Assembly (NCBI GenBank): GCA_964035545.1
Contig: OZ037773.1
Span: 2,013,751 to 2,077,750, forward strand
Origin: Bugula neritina
Taxonomy: Eukaryota; Animalia; Bryozoa
Length of the DNA stretch: 64,000 bases
Reading direction: 5' to 3'
A program made the translations under genes and the position numbers. Below the pieces are notes generated by a model. The model was given only the letters and a program-made list of their open reading frames with translations, was not told the origin of the DNA and made no database searches. Shown here one piece after another: positions 33,661 through 48,700 of the stretch (positions are counted from its first letter, which is position 1; every line of letters starts with the position of its first letter).

Positions 33661-36319
33661 CTCATATCTAATTACTGCTTTATGCATACATGCAGTATCG
33701 AACATATATAGCATGTACAGATGTGGCTGCAATTTATTGTTGCAAAGTTGTGCACAGTGCGACAGTTCTCTTAGAAATATCTGTTGTCTTGAATATGTCT
33801 CTACCAGACTTAGAGATGAGATTTGTTGTAGTGATATAATTGTGCTTAACTGTTGAGCTCTGTGGTTTGTAGAAACTTTATTATTGAACTCAAATGCATA
33901 ACTAAAACATCACCTTTTGTAATAACTTGATACATACTTTAGAAAATTCTATGAATAGTGGAATTGACACTATTTATAACTAGTGTATAATAACCTATGA
34001 TTAAACATTGTGTAAACAAGTATTGCTTAATGGTAGGTTGTCTTAAATTCGCATGTCATGCTAAGTACCAAAAGTGTATGTAATGTACATGCAGGCTAAT
34101 GTCAGATAAAGATGGTATGTAATACATTATGATGGAGCAAAATAATTTGTGACATTCATACACCAGATGCACAGTGCATGTGGGTAGCTACAGTGTGCAA
34201 ATGTGTAGATACAATATCTACATGAATAGATACAGGGTTTACCAAAAGAGTATACATGTGTAGGTACGGTGTATACATGCTCAGGTACAGTGTATACATG
34301 TATAGACACAGTGTATATATGTAGTTACAGTAAGATTTCTGTTGCAGACTGCTAGATTATTCAGTGGATGAAGATAAATCAGAAAACAAGATTCTTATAT
34401 AGCTATAAGGGCTGTAACTAATAACAATATTGGGAGATTCCTCGCATGGGATTGGTTGAGAGCTAACTGGTTTGATATTAAAGCTAAGTAAGTAGTAAAA
34501 ATTTACTACCATGTAGGCCTTCTTGAGTGACAGTAGATGTGGTTATAAATCATCAAACGACACTAGCTCTTATTTGCAACAACAATTCATTATTCAAATT
34601 TATATTGCTTAATTTACATCAGCTGTAGTAATCAGGTATTAGCATTTATTATGCAAATCCTTCATTTGTTTTTGCATTATGTCAAATTATTCCAGTAAAA
34701 TAAACAACAGTGATTACAGATTCGGGTTTGGTATCACACTATTTGGTCAAGTCATTTCCTCGGAAACCCTCTCTGTTTACCGAGTTTGAACTGTATCAGG
34801 TATGTCACATTTCCTTCAGTTGCCAGCCAATTGAAAGCTTGCCAAGTATATGTACTCATTATTCTTTTTTATATTTCTGCTAGTCCATCACTTGTTGTCT
34901 GTAAAGAGTAGTTGTGTTCTCTTTTTTTAGATAGAGAAATCTATCAATGAAACCGGGGATCTGGGAACTGCCTCGAGAAAGTTCGCGAAAGTGGCTGACC
35001 AAACTCAAAGTAACATCTTGTATTTAGAAAGGAATCGACTTAATTTAACGCGGTAGCTAGAGGACTCGTTAGGCCGGTAATTCTACAGGCAGCATATGTA
35101 TGACATTCATCATGCTGTTTTGTTTTTATATTTCTCAGTACTTTCTAGAATAAACATGACTGTCTCTGTGTGAGTCATTGCTTGCATATCAACTCCGTCA
35201 CTGCTTCTTTCATTTAATCTTTGCTCAACTATTTTCTTAAAACCTTCTAGTGGGTTAATGAGAGACTCACAAACGAGTTGTCTTTATTCCAAGTTATTTT
35301 ACATACTTTTGTGTTAAAGAAAGTAGACTGACTACACCAATCCTGTAATAATATTATTTCATTGGATAGCATGAATTATAATTGGTGATGCTTTATCATT
35401 ATTTTACTCAAAGTTATTCACTCAAGTTAGATTATTATTTTAATATCAGATATAAATAGAATATTATAATACCATTATGATGTTGGTTACGAAAATTATA
35501 ATATATTATTACCATAATGTTAGATACAAGTGTGACATATTGTTACCATGGCAACTACAGATATCAGAACTAACATTCCATTCACATCCTCATTCCAATA
35601 GATCGTTTGATTGTTGATCTGAAACAGTTGAAAGTTGATGCAGTTATTTCTCTCGCTGAGTGATTGCAGAGTCACAACAACAAAGTTGAGATAATTACAT
35701 GCAAGGCAATTCAGTACTTGATTCACTGAGTACAATCAAATATTATTATATATCTTATCACTAGAAGAGGTGGAGTTTACGTCTAAAGGGTATATTTATT
35801 CTATGGATTATCTAATTATAACTACTGTTTATCATCTTTACTATATACCATATCTGCTATAATATGTCATCTCTGCTATATATCATCTCTAATATATACT
35901 ATATCTACCTTCTCAGCCATATAACAAGTGTATATGTACTATATTCCGCTATGTGATGCATTTTACAAGTTACCAGCTGTATTTCTTTATGTGAGTTTTG
36001 AACTCATACAATAGCCTTAGTCCCAAGTGTAAAATCACTTTACAACTTAGTCAAGAGCTGCAAAGTCTAAAGGTAATAAATAAAGCCTCAGATGTTTGAC
36101 ATGCAATGTAATAGCAGTTGGGGGGACTATGTGTGCCCACAATGATCACATTGCCTTGCCACAACTCAGCCATGATTTTAAAGTTGAATATATTATGCTG
36201 AAGTTAAACACATACACGGTGGTACAATTATTCCTCTGTGACTCTGTCAGCCTTCAACAGGTGTTACACTACCCAACAGTCTCCTTATGATGCACTCAAC
36301 ATACTTTATTATCTTATCT

Positions 36320-36511
36320 TTATTATTGGGTCACGCCTCCCATTAGCGCTGAACTCTAACAGAGACACTGAATACATATCCAACCAATCAGCTTGCTGAG
36401 GTTGTCCTTCTAGAGGACAGAATAAGATATATAAATAATATTTCCTGCAACAAGCATTTCATTTGCTCAGCTTGAAGAATTACAGTTTCCATTCACAAAG
36501 CATCAGTAAGT
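36320..36511 (+). promoter_or_regulatory. Putative promoter and non-coding first exon of copy B'
   Basis: CCAAT at 36384, TATAAAT at 36430, donor GTAAGT at 36506. Paralog of 18340-18532. Confidence 0.7.
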
Positions 36512-37134
36512 TTGATAGCAAGTTTCTTAATGTTAAACACTATATAGTTCTAATATAACTTATGTTATGTACTATATAATTATAATATAACTATGTTATG
36601 TACTATATAGTTGCAATATAACCATGTTATACACTATATAGTTTAATATAACTATGTTACACACTATAATATGTTTTCTATATAATTACGTTATATACTA
36701 TAAGCATATATTATATAGTTCTATGTTACATAATACATATATGTTGTACATTGTTATTGTTATAGTTTATGCAGTGGTACTGGTTATAATGCAAGTATGC
36801 TACACATACATAATAGTTTATAAAACAAGTCAAGGGAATGGCTTGGTTTAAAGTAGAATGATGAGAAATGCAATTATATGATAACATATTTTGTGATCAA
36901 TTTAAGCTTTGTTCGTATGGTGCTTTAACTATATCTGGAGAAACAATCCCTTCGATATTGTACATTTAGTTTATCCTATTTCATTAAAGATGCCTTCATA
37001 TATTATATCCGTTTGTTTATGCTATTATGACAGTGTTACAATATAGTACTATATAGTGTGGTGGTAAAACAATACCGTGGTAGCGCATGGCATAATAGTA
37101 ATGTGACCAAATTACTATGTAACACTCATAGATG

Positions 37135-37149
37135 CTCACACACACACAT

Positions 37150-37222
<73 letters not shown>

Positions 37223-37256
37223 CACACACACGCACACACACGCGCGCACATGCACA
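37135..37256. repeat. (CA)n(CACG)n microsatellite
   Basis: Direct reading. Confidence 0.93.
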
Positions 37257-39785
37257 ATTGAAGTAATGCTGTTCTTTGTAACATACCTCTACATGTTATG
37301 CATTTTATACATCTATAGGCAAACATATTTTTATGCTTTCCCTTATACAGAACCTACATTACAGTAGATACAATAGATGAAGGAGTTAGCAAAATGTTTA
37401 CTTTACTGTAAATAATCTTATGATAGAGTGAAATCATTACCCAACTGTATAGAAACCATTGAGGCAATGAACATGAGTTGATGAGAAAATGTTGTAAACA
37501 AAAACATATGAGATATCACCCAGGGGTTCTTGATAATTCTTATCACGTAATATTTGTAATAACTTTCCCACAATCCTTTGCAGAGAATCGCCTGTCACCC
37601 ATCAGCATATCAGCATAACATGTTTGAGAATATGCTGATATTCTATCTCTTTTTCAAGAGCTCATTTCAGTAATCTGGTTTGTGAGCCCACTTCAGTGTA
37701 GATTGTCAGGCAGGATTGATTATTCAGTATTTATATCAATATTTACAGAGAGCGGGTTTTAAGGCACTACTCTGCATTACTCCCCTATCTTGCTACCCTG
37801 CATTGCTACTTTATGTCATAACATTTAACTGACAGGTAAACTGTAGTAAACATATTTGAGAGGAATTCACCTTTAGAGGTGGTGTATTAGTAAATATTTA
37901 CAAATATTGTACATTGTGAAACAGCAGTTCCCACTGGCCAGTGACTACTGCCTTATAGTGTCTACTGTCATGTCACCTCCGGTAACTCCTGCAGACACCT
38001 GACTTTGCATGTCAATGCCAACAGAAGTCTCATGCAATGTCTATTCATGTTATTGAGTGAACGAGAACAATGGCAAATAATATGGTTGTTAAATGTTTAT
38101 ATATTCAAATATGTTGCCACTGAAGCCAAATTACTATTCTTATTTTGCTAGATTGTGGCTGAATTGACAAGTTACACACAATTGACATGGAAGAATATTG
38201 AAATATAGGCATTCTGAGAACTGCATTAGTAGACTGGAATGTGGCTACTTTCTACTATATTATAAACCAATATAATAGCAGAAACTAGCTGACTATATTA
38301 TAATGTACAGTGTTTTAGACAGTTTATGCTTTTCATCATTTAGTATAAGTTAGATTATTTTCATTATTATGATTATCTCCCTTTCTTTGATACAAAGTCT
38401 TTACTGCAGTCTAAAATAAATACATCGCACATGGCACATGGCGTCCAACAAGAAGGAAGTGTGTTAATAATTACCTTGTAATGTTATAATTACAAGTGCT
38501 ACACGTAATCAGTAAAGGAATGCTGTTACAGTAAAGGAATGCTGACCTTACTTTTGCACACATTACATAATTAGACTCTCTAAAGCTATATGCCAGTTGA
38601 TTTCAATTTCTGTTAGATTGTAGCTTTTGCAACAAAGCTGTAAGAAGTAAGCTTTAAAGTTATATTATGTAATTACATATTGTAGCATGGAACTGTATAT
38701 ATAAGCTCTAACAATGTATTATATATAATTAATATCTCTATTATAAGAGTATAACCTCTAAGATTATGTTATGTAAGTATATATAATAGAAAAGTACAAG
38801 CTCTAATACCAAATCATGTATACAAATAACATCCGTGTTATGAAACTATATAAGTTCTAAATATATATTATATATACGCAAGTATTATATAATATAGTAT
38901 AATATGGTATATAGTATAATATTATATGTAGTATAATATTATATATAGTATAATATTATACTATATATAATATGATATTCTCAAATAATAAGTTATACAA
39001 ACAGTAATATGTTTATTATGAAAGTCTAATACTACATTATAAAGTTATATATAATATAAAGCTATAAGCTTTAATACTATGTCACATATAAATACAGGCA
39101 TTATGTAGATTATGAAAGTAAAAGCTCTAGAATTTTATTATGTAGTTATATATGATATAAAATTATACGTTATAATACTATATTATGTAACTATGTAGCT
39201 ATGCATATATAATCATGGAACTATAAGATGTGAGTACAAGCTAGTTAGATACAATAACATTTTTGGTTGTGCTGAATAACATGATCTAGTAAAGAGTTAC
39301 AATACATGCGCCTTGAAAGCTGGTAGATAGCTATGTTATATATTCACAGATACTATCTAACATATTTATTATTTTATACTACTTTACAGCTACAATACAA
39401 TATATTTATTAATATAGTACGATATAATTGATACTATATTATATATCTTTACTAAAGATATCATATTATATGTTTACTATTTATAAAAACCAACAGATAC
39501 TATGTTATATATATTTCTTATATTATAACATATGATATAGCATAGTGCATCATATTACATATACTAGATTATATATACTAACTATATTATATTGTATTAC
39601 ACAGATATTTTTTTGTATAAATTTAGTATATCACATAGTATAATATGATATACTATATTATAGATACTACAATGTAAATGCCTAATATACTATAATATAT
39701 ATTGCATATAGTACAGTATATATATTTATATATCACAATATATTACATATAATACATTGCATAAATCTAATATAATATATTGAAG

Positions 39786-42700
39786 ATGCCATATGACGAC
39801 ATAGAACTGAGAGAGTCAAAATCTGACCTCATGACGTCACCACACAATGGAAAAGATAGTAAGGGCTGTACCCTCTCACTTCCCATGGGCTTTCTCCTTC
39901 TCCTATTGGCTGTACTCCTGTCGGTGGGCGTCGGCCTGATTGTGTTCTTTGCTGCAGGAAACAACCAAGTTAAATGTGCAGACTCAGATGTAAGTTACCT
40001 TACAATAAAATATCCCACAAAACAACAGATAGTGTCTTCTTATTGTCTTCTTACAATAACATCTTACGAAAAATAACATACAATGTATTAACTATTCCAA
40101 AATATGTTTCTACTTTGTAGGATGTTTCTGGCGGGACAGGAGCTCAGGTTGGAGGGAATGGTAATGGAGTTTGGTGGCCAGACTCTACGTGTCTTGTGAC
40201 TTGTGAGTATTTATAGTATTTGTAATATGTATTATGACTAGTTTGTATTACTAGTCACAGTATTTGTAATAATATGTATTATTGCTAGTTAGTATAACTA
40301 ATTTTTATAAATCACACTTTTGCTTTATGTGATGGGTAACAAATAATTACAATCAATAATTTTGGAAGAATAAATTCCAGATAACAAATGATCAGCACTC
40401 GGTTATTAACAAACTACTTGCGGAATCTCAATAACATAAGATAAATGTCAAGGGCGTTGTGAAGAGCTACTCCCACTCTCAACGTCTTCTTATCAAACAC
40501 TTTGGTCGATTGTCACGGAATCAGATTCTCTCTTATCTGTCTTTTATAACACACTTGAGCTTCTACCTTATCAGAACTTGAGCTTTGGTCGGGCAATATA
40601 ATTTAGTTTCTTCAATCTATAAATTTAATCACCCTACCATCTGGCAGTCCTTCACTGTACCTAATTACTGTTGTGTGCATATTGTATATAATATCACAGA
40701 TATATAAATATACGTATATATTGTAATGGTACATTTTCTGTTACAGGTATTGACAATGGCTACTGCAAAGGTAGCTCAAGTAGTCCTGGAAAGACTACCA
40801 AAGCTGCACCATCCACTGCATCACCCGCTCTACCAACCACCACACTACCTACTACTACAGAAATTACCACAACACCTGGGAAAGTGAGAATTTCTTTTAC
40901 ACAAACCTTCTCTATGTTATCAGCTGTGTTATGAATATTATCAAAATGTCTGATTTTCCCCAGGTGAGAGATGTGAGACTACCATTAGATCTGATACCAC
41001 TACACTATGACATAGAAATGAGACCAGATATCTACCAATCAGATCCAAAAATGTTTACCAACACTGGAAAAGTGAAAATAGATATGAGATGTGATGTTGA
41101 AACAGATGTTGTTACTATTCACATAAACAAACTCAATATCACAACCTTTCAACTCACCAAGCAAGGTTAATACTCAACATTGTTTTTTTGTGCCTTTTTA
41201 TTTTAATTCTAAAAACTATTACCGTAAAATGGGGTAACTTTAGCCACTTGGGGTAACTTTGGCCACTTTGGAAAAAATGTTTAAAATGTAGCTGGTGCTA
41301 TATCTATGGAGTCTAAAGATATTTTAATTGTATATATGCACTGACTGTAGATTGGTGCATCCTATTCCTGAAAAATAATTGATATACTTATTTGCTGCTT
41401 CTTGCTGTCAGCCATTTTCAGTTTCCTGTTTGACAACAAGATTTTCAGCGCTGTCCAACTTTAATCTATTTGAAGGCATTAGAAAAGCTGGACTCATTTT
41501 CTTTTTTGTATTAAAGAACTTTGGTAAGTTTTTAACCAGGATATTTGTAATTTAGGTAAATAAATTGAAATCCAAAATCAAAATATGTGTCTTGAATTCA
41601 CTGTGTACAATTTTTGACGAATTTGGGGTAACTTTGGCCATGACTAAATGGTACTCCAAAGTAGGTTTCTGGCAGCGCTGCGAATTTTTTGTTACTTCAG
41701 ACACATAGTACATTACTCTCTAAAGGCACAATCATTTGATTTACCTATACCCAATGCTTTAGTTATATATTTGAAACAACTTAGAGTCCGAAATATGAAA
41801 TAATTACATGGGGAATTATGCATTTTTGTTCCCAGACAGCAATTTTGTGTTTAAAATGTTTTTTTTTATATAATAATTTGACCATGCATTGTAAAATGTA
41901 TTTTTCAAGACAATTATACTCAGAAAATATTAAAGAAAAGTAACATCTCCAAGATATGGTATATCTGAGGAGATCATTGGTTTTGCTTTATTCACAAGAA
42001 TTGACAGCTGGAAAGTCTTGACAAGAAGTGGCTAGAAATATGATATTACCAAAGGAACACTACAAAACAGAGCCGCATGAAGACACAAGCTGAAGCCTGG
42101 ACACCAAACTGTGTTATCACAAGTAGAGGAGGTAGCCATTGTTGACCATACCTACTACAAAGCTGGCTCAATGGGGCTTTCCATTAGATAAAACAGACTT
42201 TCGAATAATAGTCAAGACCTATTTTGACAAATGTGAAAGAAGAGTGCAACATTTCAAAAGCAACTACCCTCAAGATCTCTGGAGTCTCAGTTTTATGTCA
42301 AGACATAAAGATAGCTTGTCTCACAGGTTGTGCCAAAACATAGCACCGGAATGGGCAACAGTTAATTCTGAAGACATTACGCATTATTTAAAAAATCTAC
42401 AGACAACTGCCACAGCCTATAGTTTGAAAGGGCATACTTGAATTTAAGATTAAATTCAATGGAATTTGAACTTGTACAGTGATTTATTCAATGTTGCCAG
42501 CAAAATACATGATTTTTTATACATATACAAAAGTTTTTACACTTATTAACAATGTACCTCGAATAGCTGTGGTTTCAATGCAATAATTACACTATTATAG
42601 CTTGCATTTTGTCTAAAATAATTTTTTTTTTGTAGTAATGAAGTTGAATAATGTTGTTCTTTAATTTCTAACTGGCTAAAAAAGCTCCAAGTGCTGCTAA

Positions 42701-45700
42701 CTTTAGCTACATGGAGAATAACGACACCGGCCAAAGTTACCCCGAAAATAGGGTAACTTTGGCCACCTACTTTTTTTAATACCACAGGAGATCTAGCAGT
42801 CCCAAACTGCAAATGGTTCTTTCATTTAGTGCATATGTTGATAAGCTTCATTTAGCATCCAAAAATTTTAAAGAATATTGTAATCCTTTCATATGACACC
42901 CAAAATAAGTCTCAAAACGGCCAATGTTACCCCATTTTACGGTAATTCAAAAAGTTTGTTGCACAATTAAAAAACCTAACGACATCAAAATATTTTAAGA
43001 AGATCAACTGGAAAAATAATAATTAGTGTTGTTTTAGATGGGACAATTATAAATATAATTGGAGAGCCAATCTATGACAAGGAGAGGGAATTTGTAAAAT
43101 TTCCAACTCAAACCAAACTTACCGTAGGAAACACTTATACACTAGACGTTGGATATGAAGGCCCATTACAGAATGATTTAGCTGGATTATATTATAGTAG
43201 TTATGATGAAGTTGACAGTACTACAAACACCGTTACTAAAAGGTACATACTATACATTATATTATATACACAACATTTTCTGTCTAGTGTATTTACTAAT
43301 TTTCTGTCTGTCTGTCTCTCTCTCTGATAATACAGCGTATCATAACTCACCTGATCATGCTAAAACTAAATATTGTTCAAGCATTGAGTCCCTTTTACAT
43401 TTAGATATCTTGCCACTACTCAATACCAACCAACAGATGCGAGGAAAGCTTTCCCATGTTTTGATGAGCCTGCACTTAAGGCTACATTTACTATTTCTTT
43501 GTTGAGGAAGGCTGGTTATACGGCCCTTTCCAATACAGATGTAGCAAAGACTGAATCACAGTAAGTTAGCCTTTGAATGTTTACTAACTCTTTATTTACC
43601 TGGTCATACAGGTATCTAGCAGTAAGTATGATGGCTCCCACCGATGCTAGGAAAGCAATTCCGTGCTTTGATGAACCTCAGCTCAAAGCGACTTTTACTG
43701 TGAGCTTAGTGAGACAGTCTCACATGACCAGCCTATCAAATATGCCACTGAATTACTCCCAGCCGCTGTATGTATTGACACTCACAATATGTTATGACGC
43801 TCACACTGCGCTGTACATTCATCACTAGTAACTCATACTTCTAATGGTAGTATGTGTAGTTCCTGTAATTCTAGAGTACCATCAGTTGTTATATAGTTAT
43901 AGCTAGCAGTTAGATGAGGGAATAGGTCCCAATAGCAATCTCTAATTACTAGTTACCAGTTACTACTTAGCACTTACCAGTCAATGCCTTCTGGTTAGTA
44001 ACTAATAGTTAGCAATCTCTAGTCAATAGTTATCAGTACTATCTACTAATTAAGTAGTTACCAGTTCAGATTTAGTAGCTCTACAAATTAGTACCTAATT
44101 AAACGTTACCACGATCTGTCTCAAGTTTACTGTTCATAGCTACTAATTTGCAGTCACCACTTACAAGGTGCCAGTTCCACAATAGTTACAAGTTAGCTGC
44201 TTGTGGTAGCTAGTAGTGATTAGCTTTTTAGTAAGCAGTTGGTATTGCAAATTTTGGTGCTGGGTACAATATGGCCCCAACATGTAATATGTAGAAGTCG
44301 TAAAACAATACTCTAGTCAATATAATAGAGTCATTATTGTTTTAGAACTGATGGATGGATTAAGGATACATTTGAGCCAACAGTAAAGATGTCCACTTAT
44401 CTGTTAGCTATGATTGTCTGTGATTTTGCTCAAAAGAATGGTACTACTTCTGGAGGTGTACGTTTATTCAAATTACTAAGATTAGAGTTCATAGAAATAT
44501 AAATGTATAAGACGTTGTACTTTAAAACTAATAATATACAATTTGTTTTAATGAATTTCAGGTAACTTTCAGAGTGTGGGCCAGGAAATCCGCTGTAAAT
44601 CAGGTAGATTATGCCCTGGACCAAGGAATCAGAATATTGGAATATTTTGAAGAATTCTTCAATGAAACCTATCCACTGAAAAAACAGGGTGAGACCTTTA
44701 TGTGGAAACTATTTTACCAATCCCCTTCGCGAGTTCTGATTTTATAGATATAGTTTCTACTTTGCAATTACATCAGTATACTATCCTACTCCTTAGATAT
44801 GCATAATTTCTACTTTATAGCTATATTGTTATACAAAATAAATATGGTTTCTATATTCATTGGAATATAATGCAATAGATTTTAGGGTAACTTTTACAAA
44901 TTGCCTTTTCTTGTATTACATTTTCAACTGCCCATTTTGTTTTTGTTTTGTAAACCAATCTTCGGCCGAAGTTGGAGGGTACCAAAATTTGGGCGTCCGA
45001 TTCGGCGCACCCGAAATTTGAGGCGTCCAATCTTTGGCCGACCCACGTGGAAGATTCTAAAAGTCAAGAGCGTCCAAATTTCGACGCTCCCTAAGTTCAG
45101 CACGCTCGATTTCTAGAGTATATAAGGATGCGAGTTTGCCAGTGTATTTCAGTCTACCACTGGAACTCGCCAAGGGCAGACCTAGGAGAAAGACTTTGAT
45201 ATTACATTCTTTACACCAATAAATATTTCTACCTCTGACAAACCCCCTCTTCTCTTTTCTCTCACTCACAAGGAGTTATGTTCTCTAATTAGTTATTCCA
45301 CTACACAGAGCTATCACAATACCATAATAAAATAACTTCTTTCTTACAGTTAACACATCATTATATTGTAGATATGATTGCTATTCCTGACTTTGCTGCT
45401 GGAGCCATGGAGAACTGGGGTTTAATAACATACAGAGAAACTGCTGTACTCTATGATGACCAGGTTTCTGCTGCCTCCAACAAACAGAGAGTAGCTGTAG
45501 TTGTCTCCCATGAGCTTGCTCATCAGGTATCATCTATTTTATAATACAGGGTTTTACTATGTTTAGTGGGCACAACTCCAATGCAGGCTACTTCACTTTT
45601 TAATGGTATTTGATGAAACCAAGGCTGCATCAGAAAAAGTGCTTTTGCACCTAATTCATACTAATCAGCAAAGTGATAGTGACCCAGTTAGTTAACATGG

Positions 45701-48700
45701 TGCCACCCATAGCAATGCTGAAACCTTTAGCTACCTGTCACTACTATATTTTTTCTGCTTTTACTGCTTCAATTTATAGCATGCAGTTCTGTTGATGCAA
45801 CTAGATCCACTTAAATTTCTTTACTGACATGATTTCAGTGGTTCGGCAACCTGGTGACTCCGTCATGGTGGGATGACTTGTGGCTGAACGAAGGGTTTGC
45901 TAGCTATGTGGAGTACATTGGAGTAAACTTCACGGAACCTAACTGGCAGATGGTATGATTGTAGAAAAGTATATCTGCTTTGTGAAGTATACAGCAACAT
46001 TGTTGATGTTAAGTTAAGGAACTAGACAATGAATATATTTGAATGACTGAACTGAATGCTGTGTATACATCAGTCACTAAACTGAGTATTGTGTGCAGTT
46101 TACACTGTAATTAATGTACTAAATATTATGTATACTATCTTTAGCTCGACCAGTTTGTCACGACAGACGTGCAGAGTACACTCAAGTCTGATAGTTTGGC
46201 CACATCACACCCGATCTACGTTCCAGTCCAACATCCAGATGAGATTAATGAAATATTTGATAGCATTTCCTATGGCAAGGTACTTTTAACTACATTCCAA
46301 ATATTCACATTTAGGTGCAGCACTGGAGAAATTGAAAGATTTAAGATCTTTAAGTTTAAGTTTAAGATCTTTAAATTTCTTTATAGAATTTGGTTTGGGG
46401 CACTGGTTGGAATTTTTGCGAGAACATAACATGTTTTGCTACATTTCTATCTAGAGCATAGGTTTTTTTTAATTTCTCTATCACTACACCTGCCTCGTAA
46501 TTCAGGGTCCTTCTTTTACCCTTTCCTGTTGCCATAAAATCTGTATGTGTTTACATTTACAGGGTGGTTCTTTGATTCGGATGATGCGGTATTTCCTTGG
46601 AGATTCAATCTTCCAGAACGCCTTAGCTGTACGTATTCTGAAACAATGACTTATTTTCAGAGTCAGGAGAAATCATTTAGAGACTATGGACTGCTAATAT
46701 TAGCTTTTTTATTATCCAATATGTAACTCCAGTGCTCTTTTGCAGCATATATTCACGTTATAAATGTAACAAGTTTTGCGTAACATAATGTCAACATTGA
46801 AGATGGTTTGCAATATATTCTCACAAGGAATTGCTACAAATGTATTAATTTTACTGACAGAACTACATTAATGAGAAGGCATATGATGATGCACACCACG
46901 ATGATCTCTGGGAAGCCATGCAAACAGAGGCAGACAAACAAGGTCTGACAGACAGAGATGGTCAAAAAATAAATATCAAGGCGATTCTAGACACCTGGAT
47001 TTTGCAAATGGGTTACCCTCTACTCGACGTCACTGTAAGCTGTTGGTACACTCACTACTATTGGTTGTATATACAACTATATAGTGTTACAACGGCTTTA
47101 ACTGGTTTCATAATATTCACAGATGGAACCTGTTGTGGGAAGCAAGCAGCCAATAAGAATCACACAGAAGCACTTCTTACTTGATGATTCACAAGAGCCA
47201 GACCCCAGATACCCCAGTCCTTACCAGTGAGTTTCTATTACTAAATCATTGTCTTCATTTGACTCGCACCTACCTGTAGAATTTCAGCATCATTTACTGA
47301 TCAAACCAGAAAGTGGATTTAGGTACTATTACCATGTTCTATAATTTTACAGATACACATGGGATGTTCCATTCAGTTTTGTTACGAGTAAATCACCAGA
47401 CTTTGATGTTGATGAAACTTCTGTTGACTGGTTCTACAGGACTGAAGATTCTAGTGAGTTAGCTCTGTTCAGGTGGAGCTTTTTGAATGACTTTCTATTT
47501 ATTACTTCTTGATATTGTGACAGAAGTAAGAACCAACCTAAGCTATGCCATCATAAAAATATTTCTCTTATGTATTACTCAATATGTTTGTCTAATACTA
47601 ATTATATGGTGATTGCGCTGTAGAGAGCATAGAAATAGATACTGATTCTGATTGGCTGATCATAAACCCAAAACAATATGGTTTCTACAGAGTAAATTAT
47701 CCAGAATCTTTGTGGCAGAAACTAATTGAGCAACAAAATACAGATCATACTGTAAGTATAAATAGCGCACAGTTTGTCAGACTTATATGGTGTAGTTGTT
47801 ACAGTGTAATGCTATAGTGTAACTGGATATTATATTGTAATACCACAGAATGTCTAGTTGTTTTCTTTTTTACAGGTTATTGATCCATTGAATAGAGCCC
47901 AGATTATAGATGATGCCTTCAACATTGCACTGTAAGCAAATAACACATAGTTTTGTTTACAAATACTCACGCAAGTTTATAGTTGCTATCCCTGTGAGAA
48001 ACCCATGATGGAAGGGTATTTTGTTAGAACGGGCTAAGGACTTGTTTAGATGAGGCACAGGAGCAATTATGACTGGATGCTCTTCCTAACATTACCAATG
48101 GCCTTTGTTTCGCGTTTACTGCTCAGTTTTGTTTACAAATATCTTTCCTATTATGTACTCTGTGAATTCACTCATTCAAACTGTTGAGAGATGATACACT
48201 TGGTTATTGGTGTTTCAGGGCTGGTAAACTGAATATTAAGTTTGCAATGGAGTTGACTAAATATCTCTCTAAAGAAGAAGACTACTTTCCATGGGATGCA
48301 GCCATTACAAGTCTGAGTTACGTTTCTTCAGCTCTGAAGAGAACTGAAGCTTACGGAAACTTTAAGGTGCTTCATAAGGATCCATTGAGATAATACAATA
48401 TATTATCAGCTCCTTATGTTAATATTACATGCTAAGTCTCCACAGTTATCTATATGTGCATTATGTTATCCCTATGATACGATGTCACAATGTAACTATA
48501 CGTATACATTCATATGTTAAATCACAATGTCGCATATGTAACATTATATCACTGTGTTACTGTATTGCAACACTATTATTATATTTTTAAAACTGCTATA
48601 TAATATTTTATAAATTTAAATTGCTGCATTAGGATATTGCTATATGATTCTATTGCTATAACGTTTTGCTAATACAGCATTATTAAATGACTAGTATATA

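Larger units (their letters stand above)
29973..35640 (+). pseudogene. 3' remnant of a second A-type aminopeptidase gene (intron 20 to 3' UTR)
   Basis: Exon 21 start at 30566 is interrupted. Exon 22 (from 34348) has a 1-nt deletion (GATAAATCAGA), exon 23 has a 1-nt deletion, and exon 24 has a premature TAG at 35054. The 3' UTR is near-identical to 17370-17925. Confidence 0.9.

Noticed and set aside
37017-37326. CV/HT-repeat ORFs
   Set aside because: Microsatellite translations.
40328-40698. Possible solo LTR (TGTGAT..ATCACA) in intron 2 of B'
   Set aside because: Insertion specific to B', but the flanks show no matching TSD, so it cannot be classified.
45057-45269. Minus-strand ORF with YWCKEC resembling a piggyBac Cys-rich tail
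   Set aside because: Only one CxxC; the other Cys/His residues and TTAA-flanked ends were not found.
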